NCBI GenBank assembly: GCA_907165135.1
Contig: OU015567.1
Span: forward strand, 3,224,001 to 3,288,000
From: Oikopleura dioica
Lineage: Eukaryota > Animalia > Chordata
Length of the DNA stretch: 64,000 nt
Direction of reading: 5' to 3'
The position numbers and the translations under genes are program-made. Positions 46,150 through 58,530 of the stretch are shown here, in pieces. A model generated the notes under the pieces. It had not been told where the DNA came from, ran no database searches, and was given only the letters and a program-made list of their open reading frames with translations. Every line of letters starts with the position of its first letter. Position 1 is the first letter of the stretch.

Positions 46150-46626
46150 TTGACAAATAAGCATGAAATTCATGTCCAGTGGTGGAAAATTGTGTCGCAG
46201 TATAAAATTGTGCCGTGGTTGTTTTATACACTTTATACCTCAGTATTACCAAAAAAAATGCAACTAAAACTCGTTCAGAAATATTCCGATGTCGCAGAAA
46301 AAGGAACAGAAGTTGCTGCAAGAGTTCCCAATGCAGAAAATCAGAGAAGAAGGCTTCATCGAGTGGTCAACCGGATTCTACAACAAAAAATTGCCGCCAA
46401 GCGAGAATTGATAGGCAAAAATGAAGAGAACGAGCAAAAACGTAGAAAAAACGAGAAGAATTCTCAGCTGTCCATTCCAGCTGAAGATTCAGAAGAATCA
46501 GATGATGAGTACGAAATGATCTCGACCCTTTGCGAACCAGTAACGAGAAAAGAAAGAGGAAATTATGCGATTGTTAAGCTGACGAAAAACACCTTTCTAC
46601 GCGTTGAAGACAAAGAAGACAACTAA
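46150..46626 (+). CDS. Unknown charged protein
   Basis: 158-codon ORF, basic coiled-coil-like then acidic; no family recognised; start uncertain. Confidence 0.4.
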   Translation: MTNKHEIHVQWWKIVSQYKIVPWLFYTLYTSVLPKKMQLKLVQKYSDVAEKGTEVAARVPNAENQRRRLHRVVNRILQQKIAAKRELIGKNEENEQKRRKNEKNSQLSIPAEDSEESDDEYEMISTLCEPVTRKERGNYAIVKLTKNTFLRVEDKEDN

Positions 46627-46804
46627 TGATAAAAGAAATAATTTGTGATTTTCAATAATTTTTTGCTGAATAAAGTCAAAAATAAAAAAACAAAAATAAG
46701 ATAAACGAAATTGCTTCATAATTGAATCGCGCGATTTTATCTTTATTTTGACATTCAATTATCCAAACCTCATTTCTCAATTCTTTGAAATTGAGACAGA
46801 AAAA

Positions 46805-48313
46805 ATGAAAATTTCAGGTTTTCTCTTGATCTCTCGCGGGTCGGCAGAAGTCACCTGGGAATATGATGGAATCAAGAAAGAGATTTTTGACGAGCACTTG
46901 AAGATGTGGGATGTCTTTAGAGATCCAGTAACTGGACTGTACTGCGATAGTGAGAAAATTGATAGTGGAAGGAGATGTGGAAGATGGGGTAATTTGTACA
47001 ATCAGGGAGCGACTGGATGGGGTCTCCAAGTTAATTGCATTGAGGTCGAACTTGGGTATGGAAAATAATATTTTCTTCAAAAAGAATTTTTTCAAGAATC
47101 CGAACAAGAGAAGAAGGCATCAAAAGATCGCTCCAAACCATCCAGTCGTTCAAAAATTGGCCTCGAGATCCATGCACTGGGATGTTCTCGCGATTTACTT
47201 CGAGAAAATGGCAATTTTCTGGCGAATGGGCGACGATTGGAAGTGCTTTGGCAACAAGCGGAATGATGTTTGCTGGCAATTATTTTGGAGGGGAGGTGTT
47301 GGAAGAAGCGAGGAAGTTGCTAGACGTTTCTGCTTACGATAGAACTGTTGTGGCGAATGATTCGATTTCGATTATGATGGTGGCAGATGGTGATGACACG
47401 ATGAGCGCTACAAATGCAGCACTTAGGTATTAGAAACAAGTTTTCTTCATAATTTTTTCTGTTGTCTAGTGAGTACGCCGCTCTTGCTTACCTAGCTGCC
47501 GTGACAGAGGATTCCGAAGTTGATACAAAGGTGAAAACTTTCTTTAAATTTCTCCGGTTTCCCCCTTTTTCAGTGTGCCCAATTCCACGAAAAATTCCAC
47601 ACCTCAATTAACGGCGCCGACCCAGCTGGAATGGCCGAGCATGGTCGACCTGATCGTTTCGACTACTTTGGACACGATGTCATTTCCGGCCCGTATGGTC
47701 CTTACAGTACCTTCACTCCGCTTTTCGCCTGGCTGTCGAACAGGGCCCTTCGTGTTGGGGAAGAAAACAAGGCTTTCTGGAAGAACGCGCTGAACAACTG
47801 GTATCTATCGGAACTCGATTCTTTCGAAGAATTCAACTCCGATCCCGACCAAGTCATGTGGAGTCTTGGAAACAACGCTACTGATCGTGGAGAACCTGTC
47901 AACATTCACGGTAAAGTCTTTGGCTGTGGAGCCGGCTCATCTGCTGGAGGATACGAAGCAACTACAATGAAAAATAACGAATTAAAAACTTACAGCCCGC
48001 ATATTATGATGGCCTTTTTGAGAGTCGTTGACGATGGTGCTAAGGTTGACATAAATGACAAAATCGAGGTGGGACTTGAAATGAAATACTGCTTCTTTAT
48101 CGTTTTAAGTATTTATGGACAACAAAAGCCGGCCGATCGAGGAAAGAATGGGGTCTTTTCAAAGAGAAACAAGCCGACTTTCTTTGGAGAAATTCCCTTC
48201 TGAATCCTGAACTTCAAATTAATCGAGTCGAAGCGGTTGATTACGGATCGGGACTCGTCGGTTATGCCGCTAATTTCTTGCCTGATTCTTGGTTTGAACA
48301 GTTTATGATTTGA
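46805..48313 (+). CDS. Secreted GH144-like / glucoamylase-like (alpha/alpha)6 glycoside hydrolase
   Basis: Spliced protein: FRDPVTGLYCD..ATGWGLQVNCIEVELG/IRTREEGIKRSLQTI..DPCTGMFSRF..EWATIGSALATSGMMFAGNYF..YSEYAALAYLA..YSPHIMMAF..LWRNS..VEAVDYGSGLVG. Parallels GH144 motifs NP.TGL.RD / AATGFGL..LCI..ERGWITREEA / ELSTIDTA.L..G.L.A..YF / YNE..ILY.LA. Confidence 0.7.
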
Positions 48314-50280
48314 ATATAGTCTGATTAAAAGCAAAAAATGAGTATAATTGATAAGTTATTCAATAAATTGACGATGATTAGGAAAAGAAAACGTCAGAAA
48401 ATCGCTCTATTCAATTCTGAATAGAGAAAGATTAAGATAAGTCTGTGAAAAAAAGGAAAAGGCCGTTGCCCAGCAGGGCACAATCATTTTTCGAACAAGG
48501 AATTTACTACGCTCAATATTGAACTTGAACCCCGGAGAAAAATATTTTCCCCAATCTCCAAGGGCGGGCGACTCAGCCAATGAAATCCCGGTTTTTCGCT
48601 TGACCTGATTTGAAAATCTCCTCCCGCGCCAAAAATAATGTAAACAGCCATCCCTTTTTTGCAATTTTTGTTAATTGACGATTTTGCGAAACTCGAAAAG
48701 TTCAAGAGAGAAAAAACGTAGTACGATAAAGAAAGAAAGAGACAGAAAGTTGAAGAATGCCCCGCGGAGGGATGATTCAGCGCCGGAATTTTGTGGGATG
48801 AGCTCAAGAATTCCATCATTCGCACTTTTTCTCAAAGGTAATAAAAAAGGGGGGTAAGGATTTCACTCAGAATTCCTTATTGAAAATCGTCCTTATATTT
48901 GCCAAGCATTTTTTATGAGAGAGTTTTTAATAAGAAGAAGAGTTCTTAATTGTTAAAGCCAAGGTAAATGTTCAAAAGGGTTTAATATTTACAGTATGTT
49001 TTGCTCTTGTTAGTTTACTTTTACTTCAATTGAAAAATCATGCCTCTAACTTTGAGGCTCGAACAAGTCATGAATACACTTTTGTAATGTGCCCTGATTT
49101 GAATTGCTAATTAAGTCATTTGCTAAAAACTACCGTCAATCAAGTCAATTAGGCGTTAAGACCAATTACTGTGCCCCAAGGCTACAGTAACCCTATTCCT
49201 CATCCTGACGTATCCAAAAGGGATGATCCATCAGTAACTAAGGACTCCTTAGTCTAAGGAGGATTGGCATCCGAGAAAGAAAACGAGCATTTTTTATTAC
49301 CAGTGGAAATTTTCCACTGAAAATCCGCTAAAAAGAAAATAAAGCGAGAGAAATAAGATAACATCGGTCGGAAATAGAAGATCTTTTACGATTTCCGAGA
49401 TTTCCGGAAGTAAGACATGTAAGTCAATTTGAGCTTTACAAATCGAAAAGTCACCCGAGCGTCAAAAAACTGACACTTTCTTAAAAAAACCGAAACGGGC
49501 ACACTAACATGAATAAGGGTGCCCCCTCTCTTTTAGCACGGTTATTTTTAAACTTGACGTAGCTCTCCCCTAGCGACGTATTTAAATCGCTTTTCTGTGA
49601 TTCAAAAAGGTGAACGTCATTATCGTAAAATCGTTAATATTGTTTGCTTTTCCGAAATCGAAATTTTTCCTTTTTCAGCAAAAAACATGGGCTTGGTCGA
49701 TGATCTCTCTTTTTTGCGCTTTATTTGCATGTTTAAATTGTTTTATGATTGCGCTTTACGACGTCCCTCAAGATTAAATTGACTTTCACAGAATTGCCTT
49801 TCACTTATTGATACATTAGCAAATTTACAGAACAAGTTCTATTCAGCGTCTGTTTTCTTAGTGATTAGTTTTGTGACTGACGTTTTTTACGTTTCCGGGG
49901 TAAAAAATTTTCTTCGTTTGGAATATTTTTTGATTCGGTTTCTACGGTAACAAGTCATCTCCCTTTGACCTTGTATGAATGAGCGTAAAAGGCCCATCAG
50001 CAACCGAAAAATGACGGGATTTCTTGTCAGCGCCAGGTTTTTGGTATCATCAACAGACACTGATTTACCAAGAGGGTTTTGATGATTTGTAAAGGACGAA
50101 TAAAGCTGCGATCTATTGACTTTTTTGTTCGTTTCATGACGATTCGTGGCGACCTCCAGCGCGGTGGTGATTCAGCCCAGGCCCGCGTCTGCGCGCGGCA
50201 CCCCTACTATGCGACCAGTTCCCTTATTCACAATTTTCAGAGCATTAAAAACGAGATAAGAAAAAAGACGAAAAATAAAT

Positions 50281-52838
50281 ATGAAGATTTTCTCCTTGTT
50301 GTTGGCAGTGCTCCTCACAGAAGCCTCCGGAAAAGCAAGCGAAGAGAAATTCAAGCTCAGCGAAGATTGTATACACAAGCATCCAAATCATCAACTGCCA
50401 AATATAGCAGGTAAGAATCTTTTTAACGACCGCGGGAAACAATTGACCGGATATGATTTGACTTGCTCGTTTGAAATTAATAGTTGTTGAGAATGTAAGT
50501 ACTTGACTAGACAAACTTCATTTAACTGTATAAAAATTTAAATAACTGAAAAAATAATCGATGCTTGAGCTGCCTTTTTTGACATCTATATAACTAAAAG
50601 TTTTAGGCTAAAAACATAAATTTTTCAATACAGTGAAAACCCGAAAATTGGCCGGTTTTCAGATATAAATTCCCGAAAAAAGCGGCCAAATTTTGGGTTT
50701 TTTGCCGGGTAGCCAAGTTTCTCCTTCAAAAAAACAAAGTTTCGAAATTTTCGAAAATCGGCATGATTTTCATATTTTTGATGAATTTTATTCAAATTTT
50801 TCCTTGGTTGAAGACATTGTAATTAGAATTCACTCATTTTTAATGATTAAAACACTTTAAAAATGCTAAAAATGATCAGAAATAGCATCATTATGGCCCA
50901 ATTCTGATATGAATTTTTATTTTTGAAAAAGCGGCCAAATTTTGGGTTTTTTTCAGGTTCCAAAAAAGAAAGATTTAGAGAAAAAAGCGGCCAAATTTTG
51001 GGTGGGCAATTTTTGGGCTTTCACTGTATTTAATGAAAATCGAGCGTTTTATCTTTAAGTTTGCACAGTAAGCTTTCACTGAAAAATTCTCCCGAAATGA
51101 TAATGAGTCGTTTGTAATTAGAAAACTTAAAATTCATACTGTATAATTCATGCGGTATTCATTGATCTTGTGCTATTCTTTCCTTTTGTTCCGGTATCCT
51201 AAACTTCTTCTTTCAGAAATTCTTACCTTGACCTCAAATCAAACACTGCTCGTCCGCAAAAACCGCCCAAAAGAGTTCAGGGGTGACACAAAACTTTCCA
51301 GCGACCAGAAAAAATCCTTTGCGAAGCTCCTAAAATCCGCCTCTTCCAGCTGCCAATTCACCTCAAAAGACAAGCTCTTCGCATTCGTTCAATCTGCCAA
51401 CGGAAATGTAAGAAAAATCCTTTCGGAGCTCATTTAATCCTCTTTTAGGATCAAATATGGCTATTGGAGCATGACAAAAAGCGCGAAAAGCGAATTAAAA
51501 TGGCCAAGAAAAGCATCCATTACGAAATCAAGAAGCCAAAGAAAGTACAGACATTGGAAAATCGCTCTCGCGTCACCTTCAGAATTCCGATAACGCCCCT
51601 CGATGGGAATACCGCAAAGCTGGGTAAAAACTTTCAGCCATTTATGCTGGATTCAAGGGCTACGAACTCGCATTGTTTTGAAAATCCTATCTGGAAAGCA
51701 ACGACGAAAAAAGTTACGAAAAAGTACATCGAATACTCCATCAAATCTTTCAATGAAGATGTAAGTTTTTCCTTTTCAGGCTTAATTTTCTGGCCATTTA
51801 AGTCATAGCAATAATTAATTATTAGTGTCACGGAGCTGGATTCGATTTCAAGTTCTTCTCGTCTTCTGGTCCCATCGAAAAATTGATAAAACTCGAGTCA
51901 AAAGCGACCCAAGAAACTTGCTCCAACAACTTTGACTTGATAACCAGGCTGGATAAATCATCTTCTGCTTCGTACGTCTTTAAAAGAGACGTTCAAAAGC
52001 CACACGAAGACTGGTGCAATGCAGGACAAGAATGCTTGGAAAACGGAGGACAAATATGCTTCAACAAAAAGCTTCAAGAAGCTAAGTGCGAGTGTCCATC
52101 AGGAAGAGAAGGAAAATGCTGCCAGCAGCTGGTCGATATAGTTAGAAATACCACTCCTACTACTCCTGTTCCTGCGATAACGACGCAATGGGCAGCGATT
52201 GGGCTCTCCATTTTCATTATTACAGTGATGCTCTTCGGCCTGGTGGTCTATCAATGCTTCAATCAACGAAGACAAACTCAACGACGCAATTTCAGCCGAA
52301 AAGCCAAGTCGCACACTACCGGAATCGTGGCCCCATTGCCGAGAAGACCATCACAAGCTGTTTCGGGAATGACGCAGTCTAGCAGACATGACGATGTTTT
52401 GTCGAATAGCAATTCGAATGGAACTGGAAACGGCTTTCTTCACGAATCGCTCAATCATGGCGACTTTGACAAGACGATTAGGAAGCCGAATTGGTATGGA
52501 AACAAACCCAGCCATATGTAAGTCTCCAAGTTTTTCCAAAGTTTTCTCCTCATTTGTCAAAAGTGAAATCATCGAGTGGAGTTAATAGCAGTTAGTAACG
52601 GTCGGAATTAAGGCCCGGCAGCGGGATGAACAATGGTCTCTTTCATCCGAACCAGTCAGTCGTGAGCGACGAGACAACTCTTCCCAACATTTCACAAATC
52701 CAGCAAGACCAGAATCAGTCAAGATCAAGGGTAAGCCTGACAAGGCGCGTGAACAAATCAGCAAGGATTTTCTTTCAGAAACCACTCATCTACGCGCCCT
52801 CCGAAGGTGATATCGACGACAAAGAAAACATGCTGTGA
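50281..52838 (+). CDS. Type I membrane protein with one juxtamembrane EGF domain (EGF/neuregulin pro-ligand-like)
   Basis: Signal MKIFSLLLAVLLTEASG; CNAGQECLENGGQICF..KCECPSGREGKCCQ; TM WAAIGLSIFIITVMLFGLVVY; cytoplasmic tail ending KENML*. Confidence 0.65.
50631..51026. mobile_element. Tc1/mariner-type MITE, 396 bp, intronic
   Basis: TA|CAGTGAAAACCCGAAAATTG ... CAATTTTTGGGCTTTCACTG|TA; internal AAAAAGCGGCCAAATTTTGGG x3. Confidence 0.8.
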
Positions 52839-54034
52839 ATATTTTATTTTACCTCTAACCTACTTAATCCTCTCATTCATCTTATAAATTATGACGGGTA
52901 AATCATCGTAAAACCTGGTTTTACCCAAAAACTCTTTTTGTACATATTAACTTTATTACCTTACATCTTAATTATTAATATGATCCTATCATCAATTTCC
53001 ATGGAAAAGAAGACCTCCATCACTGTTCTAGAATAACGGAAAAAATTATGAAGGATACAACTTTTTTTGGCAAAAATGCGCTTTCCTGCCCATATTCCTG
53101 AAAAAAAAACAGAACAATTAGTATATTACCTTCCATTTTACACTTCACGCTTGTCACTACACTACTTCTGACTACTGTAACTGTATCATCTGCTGTACAT
53201 CTCCTTACTTCTTCATATCGGGCTCGACTGAAACTCTTTACTGTCTTGAGTTCCAGAGAAATAAAACACTTTTGAGACCTGACACTTTGAAATTGACAAA
53301 GATAAAATTTATTGATGTTAGTTTCATTATTGAGTTTTTCCAAGAAGAACATTTTGGAAAAGCGTCGTTTTCTTGAGATTCTTCAGATAGCTGTCAAGAA
53401 AGTTTGACGCACCCGGTTTCTTAAATAATGATTATTCTTTAGAAAAAGTTAAAGAAAACCAACCATCATGTAACTTCTCAGATTTTCGCCTTTGGTCGGG
53501 TTCATTTTCGAATTTTCCTTTTCCTAATGATCATTAAAAATATTTTTATTTTCCTTTGATTTGTACCTGAAGAAATTTTTCGATAAAATTCGCATGAAGA
53601 GAGGAAATAAGAGCAAAAAGAAAGGCGAATTTCATTTTAGGTTAGAAAAATAAACTCAAGCAACATTTATATCATGCAAAATGACAACTCTGACAAATGC
53701 AATCTTTATTAATTAACATATTGAACAGGTTATGCTTCCTTGATGTCGATCCATGGCTTGCATCTGTATATGAAGAGAATTTGTTGAAAGATAAAGCGAA
53801 AATAAATCGGAGCTGTAGAAATGTCAAAACCAGAAAGATCAACTCTTCGGGCCCCTGTCATGGGGTGCCTGTCAAAAACGTTCTTGAGAAACAAACACAC
53901 GAACTTAGTCTCACGAACTTCGCCTTCACGAACTTTGTTGTCGATCCCTTCAGCTCAAATCGAATAAACAAAAATTGTTTATTGACACAAATACTGAATA
54001 ACAGTTCACTCAGCACTTCTCAGCCGATGATAAA

Positions 54035-56101
54035 ATGAAGCTCTTTTCCGTTGTACTTTTATGCTTTTTCAAAATTTACGAGTCGCTAGGAAGAGAATGC
54101 TTGGATCGAAATGATCCGCTGGGCATAAACTACAACGGAACTTAAAGTACAACAGGCGCAGGTCTTCAATATCCACAGCGAAAATGTGGCATGTGGAATC
54201 CTCGAACTGGCATGTTTCATAATTATTGTAGGAATCCAAGAGGCAATCCAAAGGTTTGTTTTAAAAAAAAATAATAATATCTAAAAAGCGGCAAGGGCCC
54301 TTTGTGTTTGGTTGCAAGAAGTGAGTGGCGCGCTGGTATGCCCAAATATGTCGGTGTCAATTTGAAAATTTTGACCATAATTTACGATTGAACAAGAACT
54401 TTGTGTTTAGCAAGAAAGCTAAGACATTATTGTCTTTTGACAGCCATAAAAAGGGATTCTGTAATATCCCCTTCTGTGATGAAGTTTATCCACTAACAAC
54501 GAAACCAACAACAACAACAACAACGACAAGGAAACAACTAAGAGCAGAAACAACCCGACAAACAACAACTCAAAGATCAAAAACAAGAGCAACCAAGTGG
54601 ACAAATGGAAATTGGGTTTTCATACAAGCGCATCTTCAGACGATTCTAAAAGTCAATTTCTCTTTAAAAATCCTAAATAAGCGCAAGTTGGGCTTCTCGG
54701 CCAACAATGCCCCCAACAACAAAAACAACCACGATTAGTTATCGTCAGAGTTTGTCCAGCTGTCACTTGGATTCGAAGTCTTGCGGTCAGATTTCTCTAA
54801 TCTCCTGCGTCTGCGTTGGAAAGCGCACCGGCCCGGGATGCAATTGTAAGACGCAATTTTTCTTCGACGAGCTGAAATATGTTTAAGTCAAGGATCCAAA
54901 GGATCAATTTTCGCACCAGCGCGCTGCTCTGACTTTTATCGTGAACGGAAGAATCGCGAGAACCACCTTCGAAATGTGCCCAGATCCGTATCACCGAAAG
55001 CGCCGATCAATCGATTACGATAATTTTTACGGATACGATAGCGAAGAAGAACAACCGTCGGACGACTACATGGATCAGCATTATGACGAGCTGGAAAAAG
55101 AATACGATGCCTATACAGCCGAGGAGAATGCAAGGAGAAACTCTTCGGAATACATGGTCGCCGGATACCGACGAGTTCATCATGGAGAAGAAGGATTCTT
55201 GCCATTTTTTGTCTCCATAAGATATTCAAAGAGTTCAAGGATTCATTTTTGCGGCGGAGCGAGTGAGTTAGAATCAACTGATTCCGAGCGGCCTTATTTT
55301 TTCAAGTGTACGATGAAAATACAGTTATTACGGCAGCTCTCTGTTTCGCCGACCGAGGAACGATTGCCTCTAAATTTCGAGTCACCATGGGTCACAAACA
55401 GCGTAAATGGAGATATGCAAGAAGGGAAGATGGATTTCAAGAATTCCGTATCAAAGAAATCATCAGTAAGAGGGGTCTTATGAGTCTCAAGAATATTTTT
55501 AGTGCATAAACGATTCCAACGCATTGATTTTTTGAACGACATCGCGATCGTCAAGCTTAGTAAATCAGGTTTCAGAAATTATTAAACCCTCCTCCTATCT
55601 TTTAAGCGAAATTCACCGAATTTGTCCGACCAATTTGCCTCCTCCCGGATTGTTACGAGCTTCCACCCGGCACTACTGCTATCGTTGGCGGGTGGGGGGA
55701 AAACGAAGGCCATGAGGCGACCCAAGTGCTCAACTTCGCAACGGCGCATGTTTATGAAAGCAGAGAGTGCACCAGATTCGCAGGAGCCGATTATCTGAGG
55801 AGAGACGGAAGCCAACTATGTATCGGATACAAGGAGGGCGGGATTGATACTTGCCACGTAAGAGAAAATGAGGATATTTTTGGAGGAGGAAATTTCTAGG
55901 GCGATTCTGGAGGACCTGCAATAGTGAATATCGACGGAAAATGGACTCTGATTGGAGTTGTTTCTTACGGGTAGGAATTGAAGGTATCCTCCCATTATTA
56001 ACGGTTATCCAAGCGTCAGCTGTGGACAATTAAACAAACCCGGTGTCTTCACGAATATCATTCACCGTTCTGTTTCCGGCTTCTTGAAGGCGAATTTATA
56101 G
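54035..56101 (+). pseudogene. Kringle + trypsin-like serine protease gene with a premature stop and catalytic His->Leu
   Basis: Signal, then kringle CLDRNDPLGINYNGT*STTGAG..HNYCRNP..FCNIPFC with TAA at 54143-54145. Protease domain HFCGGA, VITAALC, NDIAIVKL, DTCHGDSGGP, GVVSYG, CG..KPGVFT. Confidence 0.7.
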
Positions 56102-57800
56102 CAATAATTTTTCCTGGCAAATTTCTTAATTAAAACAATTAGAAATTCTCTTTGGCGATACTCAATTCGCTTTTTAGTTCTTTAGCTATCAATGATAGCC
56201 TATCATGCACGATAATAATTCGTTTCTGGGAAAAGATCGGAAAGTTTTCTAGAGTCGGAAAGGATAAGTTATTATGAACGAAAATAGCAGTCAGTTTGAA
56301 AATCACTTTATTCTTTGCCCTGATGGGCAACTGCTTCAGCGGCTGTGGGGTAAAAACGAGTGCGACTGAATAAGAATGATCATTTTTCTCTAGAAAGCAT
56401 GGAATCACGACCAAAAAATAATAAAATCCACCCGCTCATGGATCTCTGAGGACGAAGCAGAGGAAGAAGAAGAAAGACTGAGAACAGAGGAGCTAGAGAA
56501 AATCCCCACTGTCCCTGAAGAGTCTCCAGATTTGGACATCAACTCGACCACTTCTTCCTTCCATAGCCAGTCCAAGTGTGAGACTATGTACGAGCAGGAT
56601 CAAATGCGAATCAGAAAAATGTCGACGATCAGCGTAAACAGATTGGGGGACAACATAAACCAAATAAACAGAAAAAAGAGCAATCAGAGTATGCGATCAA
56701 GAAAATCACTGTAAGTCTAGGGTTAACTCTAGAATCTAGGGTGGGTCCCTTACCCTCAAAGTGACCCCCAACTTTTTACCCACCATAGCCTCTAGAAACT
56801 TATTTCAGTTGGAAATAACGAGCCTCCTTTCAGAAATAGCATCGGTAAATCCACAAAACGAGAGAGCAAAATAACAATCGACGCGGTCTTCTCCGAAATC
56901 ATCAGTTGCCGAAACGAAGACGAAAAAGAGCGAATGGAGACATCGATGAGAATCGCGCGAAATAGCTTCAATAAATGGCGAACAAAAGCCAGAAATCCTT
57001 CTACGATTACAGAAACAACTGAAACTGAAATAAATGCATAATTATTTAATTTAAATGGCCTTTTCATGGAAAATTTTTCATCAATAAAGAGCAGACTGTA
57101 TAATTTTCACAAATAAGGTGGCGAAAGGTGCGTGATGCGTGCCCTTTGCCAGCAGTCCACCATGCTTCTGCTCTTATCATCAGGGTTTGATAAGAGCGAA
57201 GATTTGCGATTTTTTTGAATTGCGCTACAGATTTTCGCATCACCTCCTTAACACGCTGGAAACGAGCGCGCTTTGTGGTCGAAGAGTGTCACACAGCTGC
57301 CCCTCAACCTCAAACCTTTAACAGAGTAAGAGAGACTTTATTATTGCTTTATAGGTATTTCCAGGGAATTTACTGATCTTTATAAGAGTAGGATGAGAAC
57401 TTACCTGCGGTCTATGAAGAGTGGTGTCGGAATTCCGATTTGGCACCATTGAATTTTATCCAATAGAAATTTCTAAAAGGGGAATAAAACTGGGTCTAAT
57501 CGGCTAGTCAATAATTTGATGAATTTATATTGACGTGCTTTTTTTAAGGTTAACGAAGTTTTCCAGCCAACTTCCGCCTTATAGACCCCCCAACACCATA
57601 AAATTATACTCAACCAGTCTACGGCATTGAGAGTTATGATAAGTTTGTTCCTTCAATAAATAAAAAGTTAAAAAAATCAACAATACTAAAATAAATATTG
57701 CTTTTATGGTTCTCTCTCGAATGAGAATTTCTTAAATAGTCATTTTTCTATAAAATTTTTATAAGATTTCTTCTTGCTAAATATATATTCTAAGTCGACA

Positions 57801-58442
57801 ATGGGAGACAAAAAATTGGACCAAAAGCGAAAGCTCTTTCTCAAATCCAAATTGCTGGACTACGCCAAAAAGCGCGCCGAAGAACTGGCGAAAGACAAGG
57901 CCGAAAAGAAGGCTGCCAAGATTGCTGAGCGACTTCCCCCTCTTCCTGGTACTTTTGAGACGTCTTTTAAGACCATGAAAACGTTTTCCTAGATATTTCC
58001 ACGTTGGATGAAGACGCAATTCGACAACTTTGTAGAGAGCTCCATGGTAAGCTCATTTTAATGACTTCTAATTTGATCGTATATTTATCGCGTCTAAGCC
58101 TGACTAAGCCTGTTTTTAAAATGAGTCGCATGACGTAGCATGAGTTTATCATTTACCAACTTTTAGCCCAAACCGATAAGACAGATGATAACCGATACGA
58201 CCTTGAAATCAAGAACCAAAAAATGAACAAGGAAATCGATGAGCTTCGAAAACGAGTACAAGAAGTCAAGGGTAAATTTCACATTTCTATGATGCAAATT
58301 CCTATCCCCTTTTCTAGAGCGATTTAAGAAGCCCGCCCTGAAGCGCGTCAGAATCAGCGCCGACCAGATGCTCAAGACTCTCCTTGGCGGCAAGGGAAAA
58401 GCCCAGCAGATCGATATGCGACAGAATTTGAAGAAAAAGTAA
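57801..58442 (+). CDS. TNNI: Troponin I, short C-terminus type
   Basis: KRKLFLKSKLL, IRQLCRELHAQ..DDNRYDLEIK, FKKPALKRVRISADQMLKTLLG, IDMRQNLKKK*; three short introns. Confidence 0.92.
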
Positions 58443-58530
58443 TCTGTTTCCATGTTTCTTTTACATGCTTTTTTATTGTACCAATCGTTTATTAACTATT
58501 AACAGGGGTAGAATATAGTTTGAGTTAATA

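Noticed and set aside
11053-48313. Bacterial contamination as the source of the ComEC-, CBM2-, GH144- and six-hairpin-like genes
   Set aside because: All carry short GT-AG introns, host-like composition and eukaryotic neighbours; no prokaryotic operon layout.
15832-54145. Stop-codon reassignment or selenocysteine explaining the in-frame TGA/TAA/TAG
   Set aside because: TAA, TAG and TGA all terminate well-conserved genes here (TnI, protease, B4GALNT); internal stops are sporadic and of different types.
56715-56795. TAGGGT/ACCC cluster as a telomeric seed or tiny MITE
   Set aside because: No tandem TTAGGG run and no TSD.
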